Virus record (IMG/VR): IMGVR_UViG_3300032324_000938
Location: 11,399-75,398 of that record
DNA: 64,000 nucleotides
Reading direction: 5' to 3' (one strand)
Source of the DNA: a virus
Taxonomy: Duplodnaviria > Caudoviricetes
The translations under genes were made by a program, and so were the position numbers. This document shows, one piece after another, positions 52,657-62,063 of the stretch (position 1 is the first letter of the stretch; each line of letters begins with the position of its first letter). The notes under the pieces are model-generated. The model ran no database searches. It was not told where the DNA came from and saw nothing but the letters and a program-made list of their open reading frames with translations.

Positions 52657-54123
52657 ATGTCAATAAAAATTAGTCAATTAAATGAGATTTCCGCTTCAAA
52701 CATGAGCGGTTCTAATTATTTTCCAATAGTTTCAGACTATGAAGCTCCTGCATTTACAGCATCAACATACAGAGTATTAGTATATCAATTTCAGTCATTT
52801 ATCTCAACTGGTAGCTTTACTGGATCATTTTTTGGACTATCTTCTGGATCATTTATTGGAAATTTAACAGGAAGTGTAAATGGTAATGCAAATTCATCAT
52901 CATTTTCTACATTTGCACTAACTGCTTCTTATTTGTCTTCTAATAATCTTGCTACATCAAGTTATTCTGTCAGTGGTGGATTTGCTTATTCAAGCAGTTA
53001 TGCGGATTCTGCTGCAAGTTTATTATATCCAAATTTATCTACTGCAAGTTTTTCTATTAGTAGTTCTTATGTACAAACTAGTAGTTATTCAGTAACTAGT
53101 TCATTTGCACAAACAAGTAGTTATGTAAATCAATCAACATACTCAATTACTTCATCATATTCACAAGTATCAAATTTGAGTTATTCTTCAACAAGTGCAA
53201 GTTATAGTTTAACCAGTTCACTTTCATTGAGTAGCAGTTACGCATTGACATCATCAAGAGCTATAACAAGTAGTTATAGTATTAGATCATTTTTAGCAGA
53301 TACAAGTAGTATTAGTATTGTTGCAAATACTGCTATAACTAGTTCATATGCTTTACAGGCATTGAATTCAGTTAATGCAGTGACTGCATCATATGTAATT
53401 ACCGCATCATATTTGGATGTATTTACACCAAAACGTAAAGTAATCTTTTCTACACCAGGTACACATTCATTCCAAATCAAAAAGAATGACTTATCTGTTC
53501 TTTCCGGTAGCGGACCATTTACCATGAGAGCTACTGCAATTGGGGCTGGTGGTGGTGGTGCTGGTGCAACTTCAACTGGTATAAATGATGGTGGCACAGG
53601 AGGTGGTGGCGGAGCATCTGCTCAAGGAACCTCATCCTTTACTCCAAGTACTATTTTCACAATTGTAGTTGGTGGTGGTGGAGCTCCAGGAACTGGATCA
53701 TCAAATGGATCAGGAGCATATGGTAGTTCTGGTCAAAATGGAACTGATTCTTATTGTTATAAGATATCAGATAATTTTTATTTGGCGTATGCTGTTGGTG
53801 GCGGTGGTGGCCAAGGAGGAGTATTAAATCCAAATAGTGGTTCCGGTGGATCATCTGCACTATGTTCTGGAAGTATTTTTGTATATTCTGGTGCTGATGG
53901 AGAAAAATCCACAACACTTTCAGGTTCTGCTGGTGGATGTTGTTTTTATGGCGCTATGGGAGGCATTCAAAACCCAGCAATTTCTACAAGTCCAAGTTCA
54001 TCATGGAACGGATATGAGGGGGATTATCCAGGTGGTGGTGGCGGTGGTGCAAGTTCATTCTTGTCTGTAGGAGTAATTAACGGTGGAAGCGGATCACATG
54101 GACAAGTAATACTTGAATGGTAA
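52657..54123 (+). CDS. Ser-rich structural protein, paralogue 4, with Gly-rich C-terminal domain
   Basis: MSIKISQL; GAGGGG ... GGGGG ... GQVILEW. Confidence 0.75.
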   Translation: MSIKISQLNEISASNMSGSNYFPIVSDYEAPAFTASTYRVLVYQFQSFISTGSFTGSFFGLSSGSFIGNLTGSVNGNANSSSFSTFALTASYLSSNNLATSSYSVSGGFAYSSSYADSAASLLYPNLSTASFSISSSYVQTSSYSVTSSFAQTSSYVNQSTYSITSSYSQVSNLSYSSTSASYSLTSSLSLSSSYALTSSRAITSSYSIRSFLADTSSISIVANTAITSSYALQALNSVNAVTASYVITASYLDVFTPKRKVIFSTPGTHSFQIKKNDLSVLSGSGPFTMRATAIGAGGGGAGATSTGINDGGTGGGGGASAQGTSSFTPSTIFTIVVGGGGAPGTGSSNGSGAYGSSGQNGTDSYCYKISDNFYLAYAVGGGGGQGGVLNPNSGSGGSSALCSGSIFVYSGADGEKSTTLSGSAGGCCFYGAMGGIQNPAISTSPSSSWNGYEGDYPGGGGGGASSFLSVGVINGGSGSHGQVILEW

Positions 54124-54153
54124 AATTTGAATTTTTCCTAACTGTATATACGC

Positions 54154-55188
54154 ATGAAAGATTTATTCAAATTTGAAAGACTTGTTGGAATATCATCCTT
54201 GTTTATAGCAAGTTGTGCTGCATTTTTCAGTATAATTGGTATTGGAATGTTGTTTAGTGGATCTGCGTTAGCATCCATGATTATGGCAAGTTCACTAGAA
54301 ATAGGTAAATTAGTAGCTACCAGTTTTTTATATAGATATTGGACCAAAACTAAGTTGTTACTCAAGATATACTTGATTTCAGCAGTTGTAATATTAATGA
54401 TTATTACTTCATTTGGTGTTTTTGGATATTTGACATCAGCATATCAACAATCCGCAATTGAAAGTAAGTTGGCGGAAGATAAAATTTTAGTTATTAATGA
54501 TCAAAAGAAGTATACTGAAGATAAAATTAATTCCGCAAAGAAAAGAATTGAATCTATTGTTGCTTTAAGAAACAGTCAAGAAGCAAGATTGGGAGAAAGT
54601 ATGACAAATGTGGTTATTAGTCGTAATCCAATTCAATTGGCGCAAATACAAGAACAAACCAAAGAGTTGATAGACAAGAGTGAAAAAGACATTGAATCTG
54701 AAAACGGTAAGATACAAAAAGGAATAGATGAATTACAATCATTTGACAAGAAGATTGCTGAAATTAAGATGGAATCTGGAAGTAAAAAGGACATACAAAC
54801 ATTTAAATTTATATCAGAACAATTCAATGTAAATATGAATACTGGTGTTACTTGGTTTATTGTTGCTCTTATATCAGTATTTGATCCGTTAGCTATATGT
54901 TTATTGTTAGCATATAATACTACATTGAATTTTACGGATAAAGTTGAAAAGCCAAAAGAAAAAGATGATATAAAGATATATCAACATCAAGATTCAGTAA
55001 TTGAATCAGAAGAAAATGTAGAATCTATAGTAGAACAAGCAAAAAAAGAAGCGCAAGAAGAAGTTAAAAATGAAAAAATAATCAAAGAGATAGTTACTGA
55101 AATCAAGGAAGTTCCTGTTGAAAAGATTGTGGAAAAAGAAGTTGTTAGAGAAGTTCCATCTAACAAAGGACCACATTTTAGTTTTTAG
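54154..55188 (+). CDS. Conserved phage membrane/coiled-coil protein
   Basis: Three N-terminal TM helices, coiled coil, then VFDPLAI TM helix. Confidence 0.75.
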   Translation: MKDLFKFERLVGISSLFIASCAAFFSIIGIGMLFSGSALASMIMASSLEIGKLVATSFLYRYWTKTKLLLKIYLISAVVILMIITSFGVFGYLTSAYQQSAIESKLAEDKILVINDQKKYTEDKINSAKKRIESIVALRNSQEARLGESMTNVVISRNPIQLAQIQEQTKELIDKSEKDIESENGKIQKGIDELQSFDKKIAEIKMESGSKKDIQTFKFISEQFNVNMNTGVTWFIVALISVFDPLAICLLLAYNTTLNFTDKVEKPKEKDDIKIYQHQDSVIESEENVESIVEQAKKEAQEEVKNEKIIKEIVTEIKEVPVEKIVEKEVVREVPSNKGPHFSF

Positions 55189-55272
55189 TAAAATAAAATT
55201 AAAATTTTTGAATAAAAATGTTGTTTTTAACTTATTATCTAATATATTTAGATATCAGTCTAAATTATATAT

Positions 55273-55407
55273 ATGGATATTGCAGATATTAAAGAAATAA
55301 TGTCGCTTCTAAATGAAGCAAAGAACAGTGAAAACTGGGATTTAGTTGATGAAGTGTTAGATTATATGTCAGATTATCTAGAAGATGATTCTGATCTATC
55401 AGAATAA
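55273..55407 (+). CDS. Small acidic protein (not in the ORF track)
   Basis: 44 aa MDIADIKEIMSLLNEAK... Confidence 0.55.
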   Translation: MDIADIKEIMSLLNEAKNSENWDLVDEVLDYMSDYLEDDSDLSE

Positions 55408-55411
55408 AATT

Positions 55412-55669
55412 ATGATTATTATACTATCAGTGTTATTGACCGCTTCTATTTGTGCTAACATATTTTTAGGTTATGCATTAGACATCAATCTTGATAAAAT
55501 AGAAACATACCAAAATTGGTTGTCAGACATTAAAAAAGAAGTATCCGTTACATATTCAAAATTAAAAGATTTAGATAATAAACAGATGTTTGAAAAAGAT
55601 GATGATGTAGGTTTTGTTTTTTCTGAGATGGTGAAATTAATTGAAAAATTAAAGGAAAGGACTGAATGA
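55412..55669 (+). CDS. Small N-terminally anchored protein
   Basis: Hydrophobic N-terminus. Confidence 0.65.
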   Translation: MIIILSVLLTASICANIFLGYALDINLDKIETYQNWLSDIKKEVSVTYSKLKDLDNKQMFEKDDDVGFVFSEMVKLIEKLKERTE

Positions 55670-56592
55670 AAAATTCAAAAACTGTTGGACTTAAATCAAA
55701 GAAAAAAACAATAAATATTAAAAACAAATCAAATAAAAAAGTAGTCAAACCAAAGAAAAAGATTCAAATAAAAACAATTAAACCAAAAAAAGTATCAAAA
55801 AAAGTTGTTGAATCAAAAAAATCAAAGAAATTAACTGAGACTACTGTATCAATCACTCCTGTGATTGTTTCTGAACCAAAAAAGAGAAAAAAGAAGAGCG
55901 GAGAAAAAATGTATTTTACCACAGATACAGAAAAGGCTATTATTCAATATAATAATGAACAAGACATAGAAGCAAGAAATGAAATTTATGTTGAAAAAAT
56001 TAAGCCTTGTTTTGATAAATTGGTAGAAAACGTATTCAATACATTTAAATTCACTTATTTTGATAACAGTCCTATTGAAATTCAAAAGGAAACAATTGCA
56101 CATTTAGTTGCAAACATGCATAAGTTTGAAGAAGGCAAAGGTAAAGCCTTTAGTTATTTCAGTATTGTTGCTAAAAACTATCTAATATTCCACAACAATA
56201 ACAACTATAAGAGATTCAACCAACACGTTGATATTAGTGAAACTCCAAGTGATACCACTGTTTGTTTACAAACCACTGATTCTTATCATGATGAATTGGA
56301 AACCAGTGAATTTATGAAGTTGATGGTTGATTATTGGGAAAAGAATATTGGCAAAATATTCACTAAACAACGTGATTTAAACATTGCCAATGCTGTAATT
56401 GAATTGTTCAGAAACAGTGACAGAATTGATTCTTTCAATAAAAAAGCGTTATATTTGTATATTAGAGAAATCTCTTCTTGTAAGACTCAACAGATTACCA
56501 AAGTAATTAATAAGATGAAACAGTACCAAAATACTATTACCAAGTCTTATTTAGACAGAGGAACATTAAAACAAGAGATGTACGCTAGATAA
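55666..56592 (+). CDS. Phage late sigma factor (T4 gp55-like)
   Basis: Lys-rich N-tail; KMYFT; region-2-like KAFSYFSIVAKNYL; C-terminal HTH-like KALYLYIRE. Confidence 0.6.
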   Translation: MKNSKTVGLKSKKKTINIKNKSNKKVVKPKKKIQIKTIKPKKVSKKVVESKKSKKLTETTVSITPVIVSEPKKRKKKSGEKMYFTTDTEKAIIQYNNEQDIEARNEIYVEKIKPCFDKLVENVFNTFKFTYFDNSPIEIQKETIAHLVANMHKFEEGKGKAFSYFSIVAKNYLIFHNNNNYKRFNQHVDISETPSDTTVCLQTTDSYHDELETSEFMKLMVDYWEKNIGKIFTKQRDLNIANAVIELFRNSDRIDSFNKKALYLYIREISSCKTQQITKVINKMKQYQNTITKSYLDRGTLKQEMYAR

Positions 56593-56629
56593 ATTTAAGT
56601 AAAACAAGGTATTTTCAATATTTATAGTC

Positions 56630-57004
56630 ATGGACTTAGATTTTGAATTATATAAGGGTAAAAAATACTCTAGTTTACTTAAAGATGTGGTTGTTAATTC
56701 TGAACAGAAGAAAGACCAAATTGATATTTTGGTGTCTGATCTTCGAAGTATGATTAAAACCGCTAATGATGCAATAGTAGTTGTACCACTAATTAAGGAT
56801 TATTTGGATGTTTCAGTCAGAAATGATGAACAACTTGTCAAATTAGCCGCAGTGGTACAACGTATTATTAGTAGTCAAAGTCAAGGTGAAGACGGTAATA
56901 TGGGAATGTTACTTAGTGAAGATGAACGTAAACAATTGATGGGTGAAGTGGAAAAAATTACAAAAGAAATAAATACCCCAATTGAAATAAACGCTAAGAA
57001 ATAA
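56630..57004 (+). CDS. Conserved large-phage hypothetical protein
   Basis: VPLIKDYLDVSVRNDEQLVKLA; TATTTATA 3 nt upstream. Confidence 0.7.
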   Translation: MDLDFELYKGKKYSSLLKDVVVNSEQKKDQIDILVSDLRSMIKTANDAIVVVPLIKDYLDVSVRNDEQLVKLAAVVQRIISSQSQGEDGNMGMLLSEDERKQLMGEVEKITKEINTPIEINAKK

Positions 57005-57005
57005 T

Positions 57006-58640
57006 ATGCCAGGATATTCCACATATAATTCAGTAATAGCACCAGTAAGAGTTGAAGAGAATAGAGATAGTATTTTAAATTCAACTTTACAGTTTGAACC
57101 TGCGGTTGTATTGGATGTGATCCTTGATGATTCACATCCAATTTTTAAAACAAAAATTAACATCAATCCAACTGAATGGCCTGATGCTGCAAATGATAAA
57201 CCAGCGGATCAAATAGATAAAGATTATACGTGGATAGGAAGAATTTTGGTAAGACCATTTAGTACACATAAAACAGTTGAAAAAGAAAAACTACCATGGG
57301 CATTTCCATTGGAAAATACAGGCATAACTGAATATCCTCTTGTTAATGAAGTTGTAGCTATAGTAAATTATCTGGGTAAATTTTATTATACTAGAAAAAT
57401 AAATCTAAATGGATTTTCAAACAATAATGCTGATCCTACATATGAACAACGTATTGGTTCAAACAAAGGAAACAGAGAAATAAAAAACAATCCAACTGAT
57501 CCTGATGTTTTATACAAAGGACCAGTTTCATATTTAACTGCCAAACAATACAAGAATACAAGTAACGTAACTGTATTGGGTAGATATTTTAAATCAAACG
57601 GAAAAATACGTTCAGTAAAAAGATTTGAAGGTGATACTGTAATTGAAAGTAGACATGGACAATCTATTAGATTTTCTGCTTATGATAATATAAGAGACAA
57701 TGATATAAGTGATCCAAAATATACTGATTATTACAACAAAGATGGTGATACAAATCCAGTAAGTAATAAATTAGCAGGATTTGGCAATCCAATGATTTTG
57801 ATTAGAAACAGACAAAAGAACATTTCAAAACCTACACCTGATGTTTCTGAAAAAAATGCAGGTGGATATGTATCAGAAGATATTAATCAAGACGGTACAT
57901 CTATTCATATAACTTCAGGATTAACTGAATCTAGTTTTAAATCAACATGTCAAAAGAAAATATTTCAAGATCCTTCAGTTTCAAAAGAAGAAGTAGCAGC
58001 ATTTTCTCCCCCAGGTTGTACTAAATTTAGACCGCCAATACTTACCGGAGATCAAATTGTAATTAATAGTGATAGAATAATTGTAAGTAGTAGAAATGGA
58101 GAAACTATACATTATTCCAAAAAGAGATATGGAATTGTAACAGACAATGAATATACAGTTGACTCTCATGGTCAGATAGTAATGACCACAAACACAAAAA
58201 CGGTGATTAACAGTCCAGCAATATATCTAGGTCAATATGATCAAACAAATGAACCCGCTTTGTTAGGTCAAACAACAGTTGACTTTCTATATGACCTTGC
58301 AGATTTAATACTTGATCACGTTCATTGGCAATATCATGAACACATTACTTCCGCAACAAACACTCCTGCGGATCAATCTGGTCAAATAGCAGATTATCCA
58401 ACACAATTAACCACTCAAATTCCAACACCACAAGAAAAATTGAAAGCGTGGAGAGATAGTCTTGATAAAATCTTGAGTAAAAGAGTATTTTTAACTGGAG
58501 GTGGTTATGCCCCAGGAAGAAATGGTGGTTCTATTGAAAACGGAACTCCTCCAACTGATATTAATGTATTTAATGGAAGTGGTGTTCCTGGAGGTTATAA
58601 TGGTAAAACAAGAGGTCCAAATCCATCAACTTGGAGTTAA
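57006..58640 (+). CDS. Baseplate hub / central spike (gp5/VgrG-like)
   Basis: YPLVNEVV OB-fold-like; EGD..IESRHGQSIRF; QIVINSDRI; terminal His-rich HVH. Confidence 0.65.
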   Translation: MPGYSTYNSVIAPVRVEENRDSILNSTLQFEPAVVLDVILDDSHPIFKTKININPTEWPDAANDKPADQIDKDYTWIGRILVRPFSTHKTVEKEKLPWAFPLENTGITEYPLVNEVVAIVNYLGKFYYTRKINLNGFSNNNADPTYEQRIGSNKGNREIKNNPTDPDVLYKGPVSYLTAKQYKNTSNVTVLGRYFKSNGKIRSVKRFEGDTVIESRHGQSIRFSAYDNIRDNDISDPKYTDYYNKDGDTNPVSNKLAGFGNPMILIRNRQKNISKPTPDVSEKNAGGYVSEDINQDGTSIHITSGLTESSFKSTCQKKIFQDPSVSKEEVAAFSPPGCTKFRPPILTGDQIVINSDRIIVSSRNGETIHYSKKRYGIVTDNEYTVDSHGQIVMTTNTKTVINSPAIYLGQYDQTNEPALLGQTTVDFLYDLADLILDHVHWQYHEHITSATNTPADQSGQIADYPTQLTTQIPTPQEKLKAWRDSLDKILSKRVFLTGGGYAPGRNGGSIENGTPPTDINVFNGSGVPGGYNGKTRGPNPSTWS

Positions 58641-58643
58641 TTT

Positions 58644-59138
58644 ATGTATACTTTACCCACACCACCATCATTAAACTTACAAAATCCACTAGGTTCTGTA
58701 CCAACTCCTAGTTTGCCAAGTATTCCTCCTCTTCCAAGTGCACCAAAATTGCCTTTAAAAAGAGTATCTGGACTTGATTATAAAAAGACATTCACAGAAA
58801 CGTCAACATATAAAAATTTAAAGACAAATATACCAAATACATTGCCATCAGTTCCGTCTGTTCCATCAGTACCAAAGTTTTCACTGCCATCACCTCCTTC
58901 AGTGCCATCAGTACCATCAATTCCTACTATACCACCTACACCAACACTTCCAAGTATGTCAAATTTGCCTACTGCTCCTAGTATTCCTTCAATACCAAAG
59001 GTTCCAGTACCAAATGTACCTCCAATATCATCTATTATCAAACCACCTGCATTTCCAATGATACCTAAACTTAAAATTGTACCTATTGTGCCTGGTACAC
59101 CACTTTCAGTACAAGCCTCTATGATAAAACCAAGTTAA
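58644..59138 (+). CDS. Pro/Ser-rich low-complexity protein
   Basis: PSVPS/PSIP repeats. Confidence 0.65.
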   Translation: MYTLPTPPSLNLQNPLGSVPTPSLPSIPPLPSAPKLPLKRVSGLDYKKTFTETSTYKNLKTNIPNTLPSVPSVPSVPKFSLPSPPSVPSVPSIPTIPPTPTLPSMSNLPTAPSIPSIPKVPVPNVPPISSIIKPPAFPMIPKLKIVPIVPGTPLSVQASMIKPS

Positions 59139-59201
59139 TTTTGGTAAATAAATAAAACATTTTGGTATATAGTAAAATATAATTATATAATATCAACAAG
59201 T

Positions 59202-59684
59202 ATGAAAACACAAGAATTAAAAGAGATAATCAGATCAGTAGTAAAGGAAGAACTTCAAAAGTCTCTTCCAACTCTTATTCCTAATATTTTGAGTGAAATA
59301 TTAACTGGTCAAAGTAAACCAACAGTCAGTGAAAACTTTGAAAAACCAAAAGTTTCACAAAAACCAATTGAAAATGTACAACCAACAAAAAAGACATTTA
59401 AGAAATATACAAATAATGATGCTTTAAATGCTGTCTTGAATGAAACTGTAGGTGGTGTTCCAAGAGAAGGTGCTTATGTGGGACTCATGGGCGCATTACA
59501 AAGTGAAGCTTCTAGTGGTATTAATATTAATGAATCAGTACAAATGCCGCAACAAATCACACCAGTTAATGAAGAACAATCTAAAGTACTTAATGTCATT
59601 AATAGAGACTTTAGAAAATTAATGAAAGCTGTTGATAAGAAAAAGTCATCAGGAGTTGGTGGTGGTTTAGTATCAATGTCATAA
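59202..59684 (+). CDS. Hypothetical protein
   Basis: MKTQELKEIIRSVVKEE; LNAVLNET; RDFRKLMKA. Confidence 0.7.
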   Translation: MKTQELKEIIRSVVKEELQKSLPTLIPNILSEILTGQSKPTVSENFEKPKVSQKPIENVQPTKKTFKKYTNNDALNAVLNETVGGVPREGAYVGLMGALQSEASSGININESVQMPQQITPVNEEQSKVLNVINRDFRKLMKAVDKKKSSGVGGGLVSMS

Positions 59685-59685
59685 T

Positions 59686-60078
59686 ATGAATCCAATTGGT
59701 TTAACATTACCTTTAAAATCTGGCATAAATGGGTATTTTGAGCAGTCATATGACACTCTAACTCAAATTAAAGCCAACATCACTAATTTTTTCAATACCA
59801 GACCAGGTGAAAGAAGATTTAATCCTCAGTTTGGAACAAAATTGTATAACTATCTATTTGATCAAAATATTGAAGGATTTGATGAAATTTTAAAGAATGT
59901 TATTAAAGATGACATGAATTATTGGTTTCCAAATGTAATTGTAAATACTGTATTTTTAGACATTACAACCGCCCAAAAAAACAAGAACACTGATAATTAT
60001 ATAATAAACATAAAAATACAATTTACGGTAAACAATCAAACTGATGTACTTGGATTAACTGTAACAAGCAATTTATAA
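59686..60078 (+). CDS. Baseplate wedge subunit, GPW/gp25-like
   Basis: QIKANI...TRPGERRFNPQFGT.L...F. Confidence 0.85.
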   Translation: MNPIGLTLPLKSGINGYFEQSYDTLTQIKANITNFFNTRPGERRFNPQFGTKLYNYLFDQNIEGFDEILKNVIKDDMNYWFPNVIVNTVFLDITTAQKNKNTDNYIINIKIQFTVNNQTDVLGLTVTSNL

Positions 60079-60082
60079 TAAT

Positions 60083-62062
60083 ATGGCAGAAAAACAACCA
60101 AAATCCTTTCAACCTCTTAATAAAGATATCAGATATCTTAATAGAGATTTTGCGTCATTTAAAGCTGGTTTGATTGAGTTTTCAAAGAACTATTTTCCTA
60201 AAACTTACAAAGATTTTAGTGAAAGTTCACCAGGTACAATGTTTATTGAACAAGCCTCATATGTAGGTGATGTATTATCATACTATATTGATTATCAATT
60301 CAAAGAATCATTGATGCCATATTCTGAAGAACGTAAAAATGTAATTGCGTTGTCTAAATATCTTGGATACAAAACTACTCCAACTAAATCATCTATAACT
60401 GAGATTGAATTATTTCAATTGATTCCATCAAAGGTTGATGCTGATGGAAATTATGTACCTGATGAAAAATATTGTTTGTCAATTAGAGAAAACATGGAGT
60501 TAATAAATAACTCTAATCAAAATTTTATTATAAGTGAACCAGTGGATTTTTCCGTTGATACTAGATTTTCTCCTAGAGAAGTTAGTGTTTACTCCAGAGA
60601 TTCATTGGGAGTTCCACAATTTTTCTTGTTAAGAAAAACCGCTAAAGCATTTGCCGGCAAGATTGTAACTAAGAATTTTACTGTTGGTGCTGCTACTCCA
60701 TACTACAAGATTGTATTGGAAGAAAAAAATGTAGTCAACATAATTTCAGTTATTGATGAAGATAATAATAAATGGTATGAAGCTGACTATTTGGCACAAG
60801 ATGTAATTTTTACTGATGTAGATAACTCTCAAGTTACTGATGAAAATTTCTACGTCTACAAAGCAGAAGTATCAAAGATTATAAAATCATTGAAGACTTC
60901 AAGAAAATATATAACTAGTATTACTGCGGATAATACAACTTACTTAGAATTTGGTCCTGGTTTAGATAATTATTCTGATGAAATAGTTTATCCAAATGCT
61001 TCTATTGTTGGTATTGGATTATCAAATATAAGAAATACTGATATTTCATTGGATGGAAGCAATTTCTTAAAAACAAATACATTTGGAGCTGCTCCGGCAA
61101 ATACAGTTTTAACTATTAATTACATAATTGGAGGAGGGTCACTTTCAAATTGTAATGCAAATGAAATTACTAGAATTAGTTCATATCAATTGTTGAATGA
61201 TGCAACCTCTTTAAATCCGAATGAACAAACATTGTTTAATACAGTACAACAAACTTTAAGAGTAAATAATTATACTGCTGCAGTTGGTGGTGCAGATGAA
61301 GAATCTGTAGATCAAATCAAACAAAATGCTATTTTGAATTTTACCACACAAAATAGATCTGTAACTAAGGATGATTATTTGATTAGAACTTATGCAATGC
61401 CACCAAAATACGGTTCAATTGCTAAAGCTTATATAACATCTGATACAGATTTGGTGTTGAATTTGAAAAATGATGTATCTGGATTTGTAGATTACAATAA
61501 CAATACTACTGACACAAATAATTCAGTAGATAATTATTTTAGAAAAATTAATTATGATGTAACTAATCCATTTTCAGTTAATTTGTATGTTCTTGGATAT
61601 AATGAAAACAAAAATCTAACACAAATTAATGAAGCTTTATTTTATAACATAAAAGAATATTTGAAGAAGTATAGACTTCTAACTGATGGTGTAAATATTA
61701 TTGACGGATATATTATTAATATTGGTGTAAATTTTAAAATTTTAACATACAACAATTATAACAAAAAAGAAGTGTTAAATAATTGTATTACTAAAGTAAA
61801 AGACTTTTTTGATATTGACAAGTGGAGTTTTTCACAACCAATTAATTTGAGTCAATTGGAACTAGAAATTGCAAGAGTAGAAGGTGTACAATCTTTAACA
61901 AATGTTGAAATTGTAAACTTAACTGCTAAAGATGGTAACTATTCACCACATGAATATGATATTTTATCCGCGACAAAGAATAAAATAGTATATCCTTCAT
62001 TAGATCCATGTGTTTTTGAAGTCAAATACCCTGACATAGATATCAAAGGAAACGTAGTATAA
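60083..62062 (+). CDS. Baseplate wedge subunit, gp6/Baseplate-J-like
   Basis: LNRDFASFK; GG.DEES; QNRSVTKDDY; follows gp25-like gene. Confidence 0.85.
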   Translation: MAEKQPKSFQPLNKDIRYLNRDFASFKAGLIEFSKNYFPKTYKDFSESSPGTMFIEQASYVGDVLSYYIDYQFKESLMPYSEERKNVIALSKYLGYKTTPTKSSITEIELFQLIPSKVDADGNYVPDEKYCLSIRENMELINNSNQNFIISEPVDFSVDTRFSPREVSVYSRDSLGVPQFFLLRKTAKAFAGKIVTKNFTVGAATPYYKIVLEEKNVVNIISVIDEDNNKWYEADYLAQDVIFTDVDNSQVTDENFYVYKAEVSKIIKSLKTSRKYITSITADNTTYLEFGPGLDNYSDEIVYPNASIVGIGLSNIRNTDISLDGSNFLKTNTFGAAPANTVLTINYIIGGGSLSNCNANEITRISSYQLLNDATSLNPNEQTLFNTVQQTLRVNNYTAAVGGADEESVDQIKQNAILNFTTQNRSVTKDDYLIRTYAMPPKYGSIAKAYITSDTDLVLNLKNDVSGFVDYNNNTTDTNNSVDNYFRKINYDVTNPFSVNLYVLGYNENKNLTQINEALFYNIKEYLKKYRLLTDGVNIIDGYIINIGVNFKILTYNNYNKKEVLNNCITKVKDFFDIDKWSFSQPINLSQLELEIARVEGVQSLTNVEIVNLTAKDGNYSPHEYDILSATKNKIVYPSLDPCVFEVKYPDIDIKGNVV

Positions 62063-62063
62063 T

